DNA of 63,249 nucleotides, counting the filler, from Octopus bimaculoides (taxonomy: Eukaryota): assembly GCF_001194135.2 (NCBI RefSeq). It is 5 parts of 5 records of this genome, joined end to end, with 100 filler letters (N's around TTAATTAATTAA, not from the genome) between each part and the next. Parts side by side here need not be neighbours in the genome. Positions count along the whole stretch, not along the records: positions 36,581 to 56,840 come from NC_068994.1; 4 more parts are not named here. The stretch is one strand, 5' to 3'. The notes beneath the pieces were generated by a model. The model did no database searches, was not told the origin of the DNA, and worked only from the letters and a program-made list of their open reading frames with translations. Positions 37,566 through 51,709 of this stretch are shown here, piece by piece. The position numbers were made by a program, and so were the translations under genes. How positions within the stretch are numbered: the stretch's first letter is position 1; each line of letters opens with the position of its first letter.

Positions 37566-38499
37566 GTTTGACGAGTGAAGGGGTGTGTTGACACGTATAC
37601 GTACATACATAAATAATTAGACATGCATCTTAGGTTGAGCTGTTTCACTTGTTGCTGCATATGTGAATTTTATGCAAGATTTCCTTTTCCATNNNNNNNN
37701 NNNNNNNNNNNNNNNNNNNNNNNNNNNNNNNNNNNNNNNNNNNNNNNNNNNNNNNNNNNNNNNNNNNNNNNNNNNNNNNNNNNNNNNNNNNNNNNNNNNN
37801 NNNNNNNNNNNNNNNNNNNNNNNNNNNNNNNNNNNNNNNNNNNNNNNNNNNNNNNNNNNNNNNNNNNNNNNNNNNNNNNNNNNNNNNNNNNNNNNNNNNN
37901 NNNNNNNNNNNNNNNNNNNNNNNNNNNNNNNNNNNNNNNNNNNNNNNNNNNNNNNNNNNNNNNNCTGTTTCACTTGTTGCTGCATATGTGAATTTTATGC
38001 AAGATTTCCTTTTCCATTGAAATAATAAGTATATATCACTCTATTCTCCTTACTTGATTCCTCCTCTGATTGCAGTTTACTCGACATGAAACAAAAGTAC
38101 TCTACCTCTCTCTCTCTCTATCTCTCTCTCACACACATACACACACACATATACATACACAGCAATATGTAACTTTGATAGTGACCTTCCGGCGCCATAA
38201 ATCTTTCCGTTGTTATCACATCTTTCATCAAAGGTGATAAAATTCAATGAATATATTTCACCGCATTTATAATAATTGTAACCTATATTTGAAAGGCACC
38301 TCACAAATAAAATTTGAAATGAATAAAATAGCAAAACATATGCTGCAAGCAATAACAAAATGTGTGATTCATATAGAAATTTAAATAAAAAAATATATAT
38401 GTTAATCTCACCTATGTGTTTGCGCGTTAAGAGTGCGTTTAAACGTGGGTGCAGATACATACACACCTATGTTGAGAAAAAAAAATGTTATATATAAAT

Positions 38500-38539
<40 letters not shown>

Positions 38540-39467
38540 GGAGACTGAAAGATTGATAAAGAGATCGGGGGTTATGTGTCTCTGTTTATGTGTTCCTATG
38601 CGGAACCATATTTCATGGATATTTTATCGACAAAAGAAGCATGTCCCTGTAGTAATATATACATTTATCCAGTTTCTTTCACTACGTTCATTTCAGTTCG
38701 TTTCGTAACAGTTTGTTAGAAGCACTAATTATTTCTAGCCCCTCGTTCAATGCCTTCCTATTTTAGTGTCCTGCACATGAGACTAAATATTTGAAGACGT
38801 TTAAGTGGTTCATGTTCATATATTACACAAATACATTTAATTATTTTCTAAGTATAACTTTTCCTATCCCCGCTGAGTAATAATACTTCAAATAATATCC
38901 AGTTTACTTCAACGTAGCTGACACGTAATCTTTCTTGGAACCTTGAAAGTAAGATTCATTTATTCATGTGGATTTGTTACATGTATTTCTGAAATGACAC
39001 TGGTTTATATCTGTACCTGTTCAAATGTGTGAAATTATAGATCTTAGAAATTAGATACATTAAATATATTACCTATATTCAATATATTCACCATCATAAT
39101 TCTAATATGAAATACAATATATATANNNNNNNNNNNNNNNNNNNNNNNNNNNNNNNNNNNNNNNNNNNNNNNNNNNNNNNNNNNNNNNNNNNNNNNNNNN
39201 NNNNNNNNNNNNNNNNNNNNNNNNNNNNNNNNNNNNNNNNNNNNNNNNNNNNNNNNNNNNNNNNNNNNNNNNNNNNNNNNNNNNNNNNNNNNNNNNNNNN
39301 NNNNNNNNNNNNNNNNNNNNNNNNNNNNNNNNNNNNNNNNNNNNNNNNNNNNNNNNNNNNNNNNNNNNNNNNNNNNNNNNNNNNNNNNNNNNNNNNNATG
39401 TAAAACCCTATAATACTATTAAACTAATTGTTATCCCGCCTTGGGTGCAGCATGAATATTACAAGAT

Positions 39468-39690
39468 AATAAGGCGGTGAACCGTCAGATTTGTTAGCAC
39501 GACGGGCAAAATGCTTAGCCACATATTGTCCGTCTTTACCTTCTGATTTCAAATTCTTCCGAAGTAGACTTTGCCTTTCATTGTGTCGGGGTCGATAAAA
39601 TATGTCCCGGTTGAGTGCTGGGGGGCGATGCAATCGATTTACCTTCCCCTCTGAACTGGTTGGTCTTGTGCCAAAATTTGAAACCAATAT
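39468..39690 (+). mobile_element. Meta-like SINE, short-tail subfamily
   Basis: AATAAGGCGGTGAACC..GTTAGCACGACGGGCAAAATGCTTAG..GACTTTGCCTTTCATT..GGGGTCGATAAAA..GGTCTTGTGCCAAAATTTGAAACC. Confidence 0.85.
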
Positions 39691-40164
39691 TGGAGATAAT
39701 ATTAATGGAGATAATATTAATGTCATTATTTTATGCATCCGCACACGATAGCCAACATACATCAGACGATACACTCATGTCATCACCTTTCATTTAAGTA
39801 TAATATATTGTGTTGAGTGTAAAGCAGTTAAATCTTTTCATTTCTGCTGCATTTCTGATAGCATGTGTATGTAAAACATTATTACTGATTTTCTTATGAA
39901 AAGGAGATTGGTAAGGATAGTGTAGATAACCTAACGCTAAGGCTGGCCTACGTTTAAGTACTCAACTCGAATAGTTGTTTTTCAGTGCTTTCCGAAAAAG
40001 TATTTTGAAGAACTATTTTTGAAGAACAATTATCAAGATTTTGTAGTGGAGTGTTATTAAAAAGAGTCCCACTTCCCCAAATCGGTTTCAATACAATTAA
40101 ACCATACAGACAAAAAATAAAAAATAAAAAAATCGACGGTTATATTGATATTACATCTACATTA

Positions 40165-40325
40165 AATGCGTTGAGCTGGCAGAATCGTCAGCACAGAAGG
40201 CAAGATACTTAACAACATTTCTGTTGTTTTCATGTGTGACTTCGATTGCGGCCGAGGCCAACTTTGCCTTTAAACGTTTTGGGGTCGATAAAATATGTGT
40301 CCTTTGAGCACTGGGATCAATGCAA
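40165..40325 (+). mobile_element. Degenerate Meta-like SINE
   Basis: GAGCTGGCAGAATCGTCAGCAC...ACTTTGCCTTT...TTGGGGTCGATAAAATATG. Confidence 0.8.
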
Positions 40326-42334
40326 TTTTGCTGGCTCCTTGGTCAATACTGGAGGCGTAAAGCGTGTTATTTTAACATAGGTTCAGTTTCTGACTGGTAT
40401 GCTTCCATGTATTTCCTTTAACAAAATTATAATTGAATTTCTCTTTAGCTAAGTACTATACTTCCCTTTTACGTTGACTGTACTTCTAAGAATTACATTC
40501 CTAAACCATGTATACGGAAGTATACTCTTACAGTATCACATGTAATCGCTTTCAAGTCGCTTAAACCACAATTCTTTATCATTCGTTTCTCTAAACTGCA
40601 ACTGGGCTTTAGAGTGATTTTACAATTCCTTTTAGTTCTTCAGAAATATCTGACATTGACCTGGAATAGATTTACAGATCATTTGGTTATTTACAGTTCT
40701 TTTCCGTCTTTTAGAAATGTAGTTTCTATGGCATTCTCCAGTTTAGAATTGATGGAGAAGGAGATAATAATGTCCTAGAGCAGTATTCGTTAATCATTCA
40801 TTATCAGGATATGTTTCCCCGAATGATTTAACTCGAGAAAATAATGAAAGCCTATATATGCTATATTACAGCTTTAAACTTGTATATTACCAACAGATAT
40901 CATTATTATTCCCTTTGCTTTGATAACCAGTACTATATTTCTTTGAAATTATATATTTCGCATATTGTGAATTGTAAAAATATTAGGAAGTTAAGCAGCA
41001 TATTTTGCCTTCATGCTTTCAAGATCCGAACAATATTTCATTTGGAATATCGAAAGAAATCAGGAACTGATTCATAAAAACAAAAACAAATTGGGTGACT
41101 TTTATATTTGAAATTTATTTCACCTTTGTATGCATTATAATTCCAAACCTCCACCGCCAATTCTTTCTCGTTTTCATGGAGAGATTTTAAAATTTAGCAG
41201 AATATCAGTGTATAAAGTGCAGCAACATTAATCAAATTCGCGACTTTGATTTCACTGTGCAAAATGTCTTGCAATCAATCATTTAGATGAATTACAACTA
41301 AATATTACCTGTAAATAATACAGTACACAGAAAAAATATTCGCAATCACTCAGAGGAAAATAAAATCAAAGATGACCAACTGCCTTAAAAGACACCACGT
41401 CAAATATATTTGTTAATAATAATTGCAAATACGGTTTAGTGAGAGTTGACATTATCTTTCAGACTAGTCTAATGTTTCGCTATGTATGTTAGCTTCTATT
41501 TGTCTTCAATTGCCATAATTTCAACAATACTATACTTTATATTAAAATGCTGGTCATTGGTCAATACTGGAGGTCAAAAATCTTGTGATCAAACGAGACA
41601 CTGCGAAGTGTACGAAGTTTCCATTCAGTGGTGTTGTCAGATCTACACAATTAACTATGTAAAGACATGCATACGCATATACATACATACGTACGTACAA
41701 TCAAACACATACACATTTACACACAAACACACAAATACCTAAATATATCTATTGTATATATATATATAGCTAACGTTGTAACATCATAGGTATTTATTAA
41801 AGTAGGATAGAAGTGACATAATTATTTTCTGAAACAGATGTCCATATAGTGAATATAGATATCAATAATAGCACGTAAATATTTCGTACAAAATCACTTT
41901 TAGGGATAATAACTTGAAGCCTTCGAATTTTTCAACAAAAATGGTTTTACTGCCCAGATTTATATGCTCTTTTTCGCAGATTGCTGTGCTTCAAGGCACA
42001 GTCTTCTGATANNNNNNNNNNNNNNNNNNNNNNNNNNNNNNNNNNNNNNNNNNNNNNNNNNNNNNNNNNNNNNNNNNNNNNNNNNNNNNNNNNNNNNNNN
42101 NNNNNNNNNNNNNNNNNNNNNNNNNNNNNNNNNNNNNNNNNNNNNNNNNNNNNNNNNNNNNNNNNNNNNNNNNNNNNNNNNNNNNNNNNNNNNNNNNNNN
42201 NNNNNNNNNNNNNNNNNNNNNNNNNNNNNNNNNNNNNNNNNNNNNNNNNNNNNNNNNNNNNNNNNNNNNNNNNNNNNNNNNNNNNNNNNNNNNNNNNNNN
42301 NNNNNNNNNNNNNNNNNNNNNNNNNNNNNNNNNN

Positions 42335-42379
<45 letters not shown>

Positions 42380-42393
42380 ATTTGTCTCTCTCG

Positions 42394-42431
<38 letters not shown>

Positions 42432-43048
42432 ATTGGAGCGTGGAAGGTGTTTATAAGCCATTTAAAATAACACACAAAATCCGTTAGATTCACTTCAACA
42501 TTTAAATTTAATTTGTCATCATTATTAATAAATCTCAGGGCAGCAAATGGTTTAGAAATTCTTTTAGCTACCAGTGGTCTAGCGAGAAGAAAAGAACTAG
42601 CCAATAGATGTCCTATTGTACATAGGAAATCCCCCAGTACCACTCAAATATCATCTGTAGATTGCAAACCTATCCTGATACTGCTTGAGTAGAGCAGATC
42701 CTAAATGTGGTAGTGCTTATAGTAGTAATAACAATCTTGTTTTCACTGGATAACCTTCTAAATCTAATCTTCGCATATTTCCCATGACGATCCCTAACAA
42801 TTTGGAAACCACTTAACCACCAGCTGAATGACTGAACCAATTAACATCAAGCATAACCTGAACTTTTAAGAAAATATTTATGTACATCTGTGTATAAAAG
42901 TGTGTGCGTGTGTATGTATACATATGCATATGTATAACGGATTGCGCATTTAAGAATAGATATGTAAATCTACGTACAACCAATAACCACATACTATCAC
43001 TTTCATAAGTGTATACATATTTATATATGTTCAGGTGTATGCGTATGC

Positions 43049-43080
<32 letters not shown>

Positions 43081-43117
43081 ACTTGGGGATGGTCATGTTG
43101 CCAGTTTAGCCAATATA

Positions 43118-43184
<67 letters not shown>

Positions 43185-43230
43185 GCATATCATATCTTAT
43201 ATATAATATTACTAAACTGCATAGATATTT

Positions 43231-43620
43231 GGAGGCGCAATGGACCAGTGGTTAATGCAGCGGATTCGCAGTCGTAGGAGTGAGGTTGGCGTCAATTCTC
43301 AGACCGGGCATTGTGAGTGTTTAAGGAGTGAAAACACCTAAAATACCACGAAACTACAGCAGAGGGTGGTGGCGAACCCTGCTGTACTCTTTCACCACAA
43401 ATTTCACTCAACTTTCTTCCTGTTTCTTTTGTACATGTATTTCAATGGGCCAGCCCTCTCACACTCTGTGTCACGCTGAACTACGTTAAGAACTACGACA
43501 ACTACGTTAAGTGTACTGTGCCTGTCGAGTGCTCAACAACTTGCACGTTAATTTTACGAGCATGCTCTTCCGTTGATCGGATCAACTGGAACCGTCGTCG
43601 TTGCAACCGATGGAGTACCA
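43231..43620 (+). mobile_element. Full-length Ceph-type SINE, head variant 2
   Basis: tRNA-like head GGAGGCGCAATGGACCAGTGGTTAATGCAGCGG, body and tail TTGATCGGATCAACTGGAACCGTCGTCGTTGCAACCGATGGAGTACC. Confidence 0.9.
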
Positions 43621-46600
43621 CGACATAGATATTGTGTACATATCTTTTCAACAAAACCTTGTTACTTCTAATGCATGTTTGTTTGAGCAATAGCTACAAT
43701 GAGACGAAAATATGTTTTTGCGTACGTTAATCAACATTATCAGCGTGCGATTATTAGATTTGTGCATTCATTTTAGCTGGCTGTCATTAATGTGAGTCAT
43801 GAAGACTTTATTAATCCATGAACTTTTCTGCATTTTGAATGTATTAAGTTACTAATGAATAAAAGAATGCACTTTAACGCTCAAATATGAAATATTATTT
43901 GCACAAATATACTGAATAATCAGCAATGACGTTAATATAATAGCACAAGAAATGTATATTTACCATTTTCACGGTCCGAGTTGCGTATTATGTGACGGTA
44001 GTAAAGAAGTCTATTCTTTTCACGTATATTCGTGATTAAACCTACTTCGATTGTATGTTTATTACTAAATATTAACCTTGTATGATACCTTAACTATAAC
44101 ACTTATATTCAGCAACATACGTTCATCAGCTGAGAGAAGGCACTTGTTCAAACATATTTTTTTTGATATTATGAAAAGAAACACATAATTTGTTAATTGC
44201 TTTATCGGGTTATTATTCATTGCAGAGACAAGGAATGTATCCTAAATATGTTTCATTCATATAATATTTTCACTTGTTCCGTGACGATAATACTCAGAAA
44301 TTCATATTTCACTTTGACACAGAAACATATGTAAATGCACATACGTATATACAATCACAAATACGTATATACATACATACATACATACATACATACATAC
44401 TTATACAGGCATGTGTCTGTGTGTGCGCGCCTCTTTACTGCACTTTTCTATTTGTTGTACTCTCGTATTTATCTGTCTCTTATCTATGTCTAAATTTATG
44501 TGTATATATATTGTTGTCCATGCATATGTTTCTCACTGTCTATAAATGATTTTATATTCAGATATACATACATACACACATACGTACATATATATAAATA
44601 CACACACACATACACACACACACGCACAGACTTTTATATATATGAATAGATACATTTATATACATATATGTATATATGTATCTATGCAGATCAATATATA
44701 CATACATACATACATANNNNNNNNNNNNNNNNNNNNNNNNNNNNNNNNNNNNNNNNNNNNNNNNNNNNNNNNNNNNNNNNNNNNNNNNNNNNNNNNNNNN
44801 NNNNNNNNNNNNNNATATATATGCAGATAGTTATTGATATATGCGAGTGTGTGTGTGCATGCGTGTGTTTGTGAATACGTGCGCATATTTCTAAGCATGT
44901 GTATGTTTATGCATGCCTATAATACTTTCTGCATGATGTGAAATCTATGAATACACTGAAATTGAAGGACATGTGCTTGTTACACGCGAAGGATTAACAC
45001 ATAGAAATGTTACGGAATGCCTTGAATTTCAGTGTAATAATATGGAAATATTCTCACTCTCATGTTTGTACAAGAATACATGAGCCAAAAGTGTATAAAG
45101 GCCACTGTAAAACGTAATATTCCCCATATATATTTGTCTTCACACTGTAGTTATCACGAATCCAAACTGGAAAAGTTTCTTCTCGTGGAAATTATGTTTG
45201 AAGGTATCTCAACAGGTTCACAATATTAACCCTAGAGTAAACGTTAATTAGCAACCATCACCATCGGTTTAAAGGAGCATCTGAAGGAATTCGTTAGGGT
45301 TTTAGTAGAGCAGCTGATAATTGTTTCACAGGACGTTAGCTGGGTATCCCTTGGTTCTGCAAATTTCCGAACTACTTCCAGTCGACAACATCGTTGCATT
45401 ACCATTATGCAGTAACGAGTTGGAAAACGATCGAAGAGCCAGAACCGATTCCAAAAGCATTACGTCTGACCTCCTAACAATTCCGCCGTTCTACCACCTT
45501 GGGATAGTACGTTCTTTATCGACAAAATGCGGATATATGTTCATGCTCAGGGGATTCGAAATCAGATGTTAGCGACGCGAAATAAATAACATGAGACATT
45601 GAATCTAACACCCTAATATCACTGCCGAATTGCAGCCCTTCATGAAAGAGAGAACAGGAAAACACGAAATGAAACGTGTAGACTGTGCTTTCTTACTATG
45701 CTTTAGATAACAGACATGACGTTCAAACGCAAGTTAACAAGGGAATGAGGCGGACAATTTCAGATATGTACCAGCACGGCATGTGCACCTGTCCATGTGG
45801 TATAACGGCCGTTCTACACTGTTGGGACATATAGTAATATACTACATGAAGACGGTCAAATATCTCCAACTGAGTGTTCAGTATACACTTATAGATCTTA
45901 TCCGAAAATGTCTATGATTCTCTATCCAAGTTAGCATTCTCCGTCCAAATAACTTTTTAAATGTTGACATTCAGAAATGAGAATTAGTAGAATTCTTCTC
46001 CGTACATCGGATGATTTCTAATCCATTTTAATCGATGTGAACGCGTTTCCAAAATTTAATGCAGTGTTAGTACGTGGCAGTTCACTACAGCACAAATGTT
46101 TGAGTGCACACCATGCATATTTCTTTGTTTCCCTGAATGTATTTATATCTTTCATAGGAAATTTGACATAAATTGTCCTGGATTACGAAATCCAGTTATT
46201 CACCTGAGAAGCATTCCAGTTGCTCGTTACTTTGTTGTCAACATATAATAAACACTAGTGACGCTGGAACTACATTGATACATAATGGATCACACATCGT
46301 TATGATTCCATACGTGGTATCACATCTAAACAATATTTCTTCCACTATAGTAAGTAGAGTCTTGTATCCTAGGACTCATGGGGACCATTTCCCAATTATC
46401 ATTGCTTGTAAGTGACCGAAACGAGAAAATTCATAATCGCCATCCGGTCGCGAGTTCCATTTAGAAATGATTTTTCAATAGCAAAAAGCGGCGGCCGTGA
46501 CGGAAGTCGAAACAACAACCATGTGATTGTGTATGCACCATCCTAAACACTAAACCACGCGCTATTTCATTCCATATAAAGTCGAGGTTTTGAAAGTACG

Positions 46601-46689
46601 TAGAAATAAATTATTGCTTATAAACTGTATTATTACAGTTCGTTCCAGGTAAAGGGCGCAATACATCATACGAGGAAATGTATAGCCAT

Positions 46690-46893
46690 ACTTTTCTACT
46701 CTAGGCACAAGCTCCGAAATTTTGTGGGAGGTGGGGCCAGTCGAGTAGATTGACCCCAGTACGCAATTGGTACTTAATTTATCGACCCGGAAAGAATGAA
46801 AGGTGAAGTCGACTACGGCGAAATTTGAAAACAGACGAAATACCGCCAAGCATTTCGCCCGGTTGGCTAACGTTTCAGCCAGCTCGCCGCCGT
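46690..46893 (-). mobile_element. Meta-like SINE, short-tail subfamily
   Basis: TGGTACTTAATTTATCGACCCGGAAAGAATGAAAGG...GCATTTCGCCCGGTTGGCTAACGTTTCAGCCAGCTCGCCGCC. Confidence 0.9.
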
Positions 46894-47417
46894 ACATCAT
46901 ACTTGAATCATCCATCCTCCCTGCTATTATTGCTAAATTCGAGTCACGCATTTATGGTCACTCTAATAGTNNNNNNNNNNNNNNNNNNNNNNNNNNNNNN
47001 NNNNNNNNNNNNNNNNNNNNNNNNNNNNNNNNNNNNNNNNNNNNNNNNNNNNNNNNNNNNNNNNNNNNNNNNNNNNNNNNNNNNNNNNNNNNNNNNNNNN
47101 NNNNNNNNNNNNNNNNNNNNNNNNNNNNNNNNNNNNNNNNNNNNNNNNNNNNNNNNNNNNNNNNNNNNNNNNNNNNNNNNNNNNNNNNNNNNNNNNNNNN
47201 NNNNNNNNNNNNNNNNNNNNNNNNNNNNNNNNNNNNNNNNNNNNNNNNNNNNNNNNNNNNNNNNNNNNNNNNNNNNNNNNNNNNNNNNNNNNNNNNNNNN
47301 NNNNNNNNNNNNNNNNNNNNNNNNNNNNNNNNNNNNNNNNNNNNNNNNNNNNNNNNNNNNNNNNNNNNNNNNNNNNNNNNNNNNNNNNNNNNNNNNNNNN
47401 NNNNNNNNNNNNNNNNG

Positions 47418-47680
47418 GAAAAAGAAGGAGAGAAAAGAAGAAGAACAAGAAGAAATAGAACAAGAAGAAGGGAGAAGAAGAGGAGAAAGACGAAAAGGAG
47501 AGAGAAGAAGAAGGAGAAGAAGAAAAAGAAGAAGAAGAGGAAGGAGAAGAAGAAGGGAGAAGAAGAGGAGGAAGACGAAAAGGAGAGAGAAGAAGAAGGA
47601 GAAGAAAGAGAAAAGGAGGAGGAGAAGAAGAAGAAGAAGAAGAACAACAACAACAACAAAATCAAGAACAAGAACAAGAA
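47418..47680. repeat. Purine-rich (GAA/GGA) low-complexity tract with an internal ~35-bp repeat
   Basis: GAAGACGAAAAGGAGAGAGAAGAAG-like block twice (about 47487 and 47572); the tract ends in (AAC)n. Confidence 0.85.
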
Positions 47681-48358
47681 GTGGGCGACAAAACTTGCAA
47701 ACAATATGCCTGAGCAGTCTAATATCTCCAAAGTACATTGTTCCTTTATTCTCATTCATTAAAAAAAAAATTGAAACTATTTAGCGTGTACTGGTAAATT
47801 CAATACAATCAAGACACCTCAGACAACACAGACTGTGGCATAATGTCTATGTCATTGCTTTTAATGATATTAGAAGAAAATGTGCGTGATAAAGTAACAA
47901 AATAATACACAAACCAAAAAAAAAATAATAATAAAAAAAACAGGAAGAAGTTAGAGAATTTCTACTATATAAATATTACGTTTCGGTTATTGGAAATAGT
48001 AAAATTGAGTGCTTGCAGTCGGATAAGTCTATAAAATGTGCAAAAGTGAAATACTGAATTAGAAATCGAAAGATATCGAAAAATACATCATCCGAAATAA
48101 AATGTAGAAAACAGAAAAAAAAAAGAGAAAGAAAATAACACAGTAAAAGATGGGAAATAATCGTGTATTTGTGTATAGAGAGTACATTTGAAAAGAAATG
48201 AAATATAAGATAAATGTGGAGATGATCTATTGAGTATTTAAAATATTGGTAGAAGATTTGAAACATTTATTGGATTATTGAATATTCTCGTAGTCTTATA
48301 TACTTTATCCACAAGGGAAATCAGTACAATTCTACATCACTGTGTTAGTGTGTGGTTA

Positions 48359-48718
48359 GCACTCCGTCAGTTACGACGACGTGGGTTCCAGTTGATCCGA
48401 TCAACGGATCAGCCTGCTCGTGAAATTAACGTGCAAGTGGATGAGCACTCCATAGACACGTGTACCCTTAACGTACTTATCAGGGAAATTCAGCGTGACA
48501 AGGCTGGCCCTTTGAAATGCAGGCACAACAGAAACAGGAAGTAAGAGTGACAGAAAGTTGTGGTGAAAGAGTACAGCAGGGTTCGCCACCATCCCCTACC
48601 GGAGCCTCGTGGAACTTTAGGAGTTTTTGCTCAATAAACACTCACACCGTCCGGTCTGGGAATCGAAACCGCGATCCTACGACTGTGAGTCAGCTGCCCT
48701 AACAACTGGGCCATGGCA
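48359..48718 (-). mobile_element. Full-length Ceph-type SINE, head variant 2
   Basis: Reverse complement of the 43231-43620 family, well conserved. Confidence 0.92.
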
Positions 48719-49180
48719 ACTCCTCTGTTAGTGTGTGTGTGTGTGTATATATATATGCTCATGTGTGTGCGTACATGTGTGTGCACATAACTGAGGGGTA
48801 AGAAGTTTGCTGCTCCATCACACGATTTCTGGTTTCTGATTCAGGTCCGCTATTTGGCACCTACAATATTTGACTTCAAATGTAGCATCACGTGACGGAT
48901 GCCTTGTGGGTATATCTAACATTCTAAAGCCACATTTATGTGCACATGTGTGTGTGTTTACGTAAGCCGACTGAGGAAATCTCTAGTGAGACTCTTTATT
49001 GATTGCCTAAAGAGACCCAGAACGGGTTGAAACATGTGTTGTACCCAATAAAATCAATTACACATTCCATCTGTTTTACTAAGACTATATAGATATATAT
49101 ACATATATTTATGTATGCATATATGTATATGTGTATGTGAATTCAACAGCAGACAAATACACACACAAGCACACACACAC

Positions 49181-49226
<46 letters not shown>

Positions 49227-51310
49227 CAGAGCGGAGTGACGTGCGTTTCTATGTCAGTGCATAATAGACATTTCCTTATTTGTTTTTCCCTCATTAATGT
49301 CAAGATAATCGTATCTTTGTATAAATCAAACAATAATCCTTCTAATTTTCCATTACATTTTCGCCACATACGCGTTTTAAAATACTTCAGTTCATCTTTT
49401 ATTAATTTACTTGTTATTTATTTAATTTGAGATTGTTTTAGTATATAAAACTCTTAGTGTTTCAATTATAGTTTCGTCCTTGTGACATTATCTCTTTTAA
49501 GAAACCTCATATCGCTCTTTAGATGCATTTTTTCTATATCCTTTACACTTGTTTTCTTAAAGAGATAAATTTCGAGGAAATATCTCGACTGTAATTTATT
49601 TAATTCTGATTATTTTGTTCACTCTTCTCGGTATTCCAATTGTGTGTTTTGCGTACTTGATTTTTTTTTGTCATGTATCCTTTTTCTACTTTGTTTCCAC
49701 TAACCTCTTTTGTTTTAGGTGTTATCTGTTTTATTGTTTTGTTAGGAGTGACATATTTCAATGTATACAAATCAGTAGACATATCGCACTTTTACATGTC
49801 AACTTCCGTCTAATAAGTTATTATTTCTGTAATTAAATTACTGAAGTTTTAAAAGTTGATAATATTTATTACGGCTGCAAATTTTTTCCTGCATTTGTCT
49901 AACTTCAAAATGTTTGTAATTCCAATGTTTCTACTTTTATTATAACATCATTTTAAACTTTTTTATTAATGGTTTTATGTTAACTGCCATTCCAGCTTCT
50001 GCACTTAGACCATTATATTGAAGGGATTTTTCTGTTAACATAAGAAGCACTATATTTCCAACAGTAATTTAGTAACAACGTTAACGTTTTTCGCACATAT
50101 CCATCCACATCGATTTACAATGTCTTATATAAAATAATTACGTCAGTACTATACGCACATTTATTATATCGTCATTTTTACCATGTTTAAAAAAAAATCA
50201 CTGCTGGTTATAAAACGTATCTCCTTCTCGGTTAACATGATTGAAAATACAAGCGTTTTAAAACGCTGTGCCGGCATTTCATAAAACAATAATGAATAAA
50301 AAATTATGAAAATTGTTACATGTAGTTCTGTAATACAGTTCAACGCTTATGTTAATCTGTGAACGCTTTGTAGAAGTTAGTTAAGGCTTATGTTTTTGTA
50401 ATGGAATATGTGTCGAATTATTTATTTTTTAACAGTAAGTGCATTGGCGTAATAACTTGGTTTTTTAACATTATCAATTTTATTTCGGTGAGCATATCAA
50501 TTTAATACTTTGCGACTCGTTCTTGTTCAACATAATTGTTATTTCGTATCTTTATATCTCTTATTTGTAATATACTGGACCGCTGTTAGGTGGCAAGTTA
50601 GCGGAATCGTTAGCACGCCGGACAAAACGCTAAGCGGCATTTTCTGAGGTCAATGAACTGCAATACAATTTTAGTTTTTCTAAGTAAACAAAATGCACAA
50701 ATGATTGAAAAGTTATGGCTCCAATTACTTGGGTTCGAAATCTGCTCAAATCAAAATTAATCTATAACAAGGTAAATAGGCGAGCCATCTCTAACTACAA
50801 TCATATATATTTGTATATTCTAAACGAACATATTTTGTGATAAATGTACAATTAACTCTGTACTGTTTTTCAGTTTTCAGATACGTAATTTGATGCAGAC
50901 CAATATTAAACATATGTATACTGGAACTTATATTCGTAACTAATTTTTACGTGCCAAAAGACATATGTCCAAGTCCTTTCAATAGTATTTATACCTATTC
51001 TATCTAATGAATTAGAAAGTGGAATTGGATGAGTGCCAAGGATTTATTCTAAGATGCCTAGATTGTTATATGTTTTTTTTTGTGTACGAAATGATGTAGG
51101 AAACAATTTGAGCATGAAATAAAAATGATTGGCTATTAAATTCAAATCAAGCAAAAAAGTATGTGACATATTTGTTCACGGACGCGTTATAATTTCCAGC
51201 CAATATTTTCGTTTCTGCTCACACGCTCATATTTATTTAGGCGAGTGTGTGTCATATCATTCCCGCTGTTATACACACACACACACAAACACACACACAC
51301 ATACACACAG

Positions 51311-51369
<59 letters not shown>

Positions 51370-51449
51370 TGTATATCTCTGTGTATATATATATATATAT
51401 ATATTCATGTATATCTCTGTGTGTGTCTCTGTGTATGTTTGTCCCCCAG

Positions 51450-51635
51450 CTATCCTTTGACAACTGATGTTGGTGTTTTTACGTCCCTGTAACTTACAGG
51501 CTCGGCAAAAGAAGGCGATGCATTAAGTTCAAAGCTTACATAGGATAAGTCCTTGGATCGATTTGTTGGACTAAAACTGTTTAAGGTGATGCTCTAACTT
51601 GTCCGCAGTCAAATGACTGAAACAATAAAAAGAAT
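51450..51635 (+). mobile_element. SINE 3' portion (same family as 7885 and 30845)
   Basis: TTTGACAACTGATGTTGGTG..CGGCAAAAGA..GCAGTCAAATGACTGAAACAATAAAAAGAATA. Confidence 0.8.
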
Positions 51636-51648
51636 ATATGTACATAAG

Positions 51649-51709
<61 letters not shown>

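Noticed and set aside
40339-41573. 17-bp identity TTGGTCAATACTGGAGG at 40339-40355 and 41557-41573
   Set aside because: Too short and isolated to interpret; flanks do not align further.
42431-42520. Possible Penelope-family terminal fragment (TTGGAGCGTGGAAGGTGTTTATAAGCC...)
   Set aside because: Recognised only from memory; single short copy here with no internal evidence.
46803-47784. Long E/K/R-rich ORFs (319 aa)
   Set aside because: They are a SINE, an N-gap and a GAA low-complexity tract read through.
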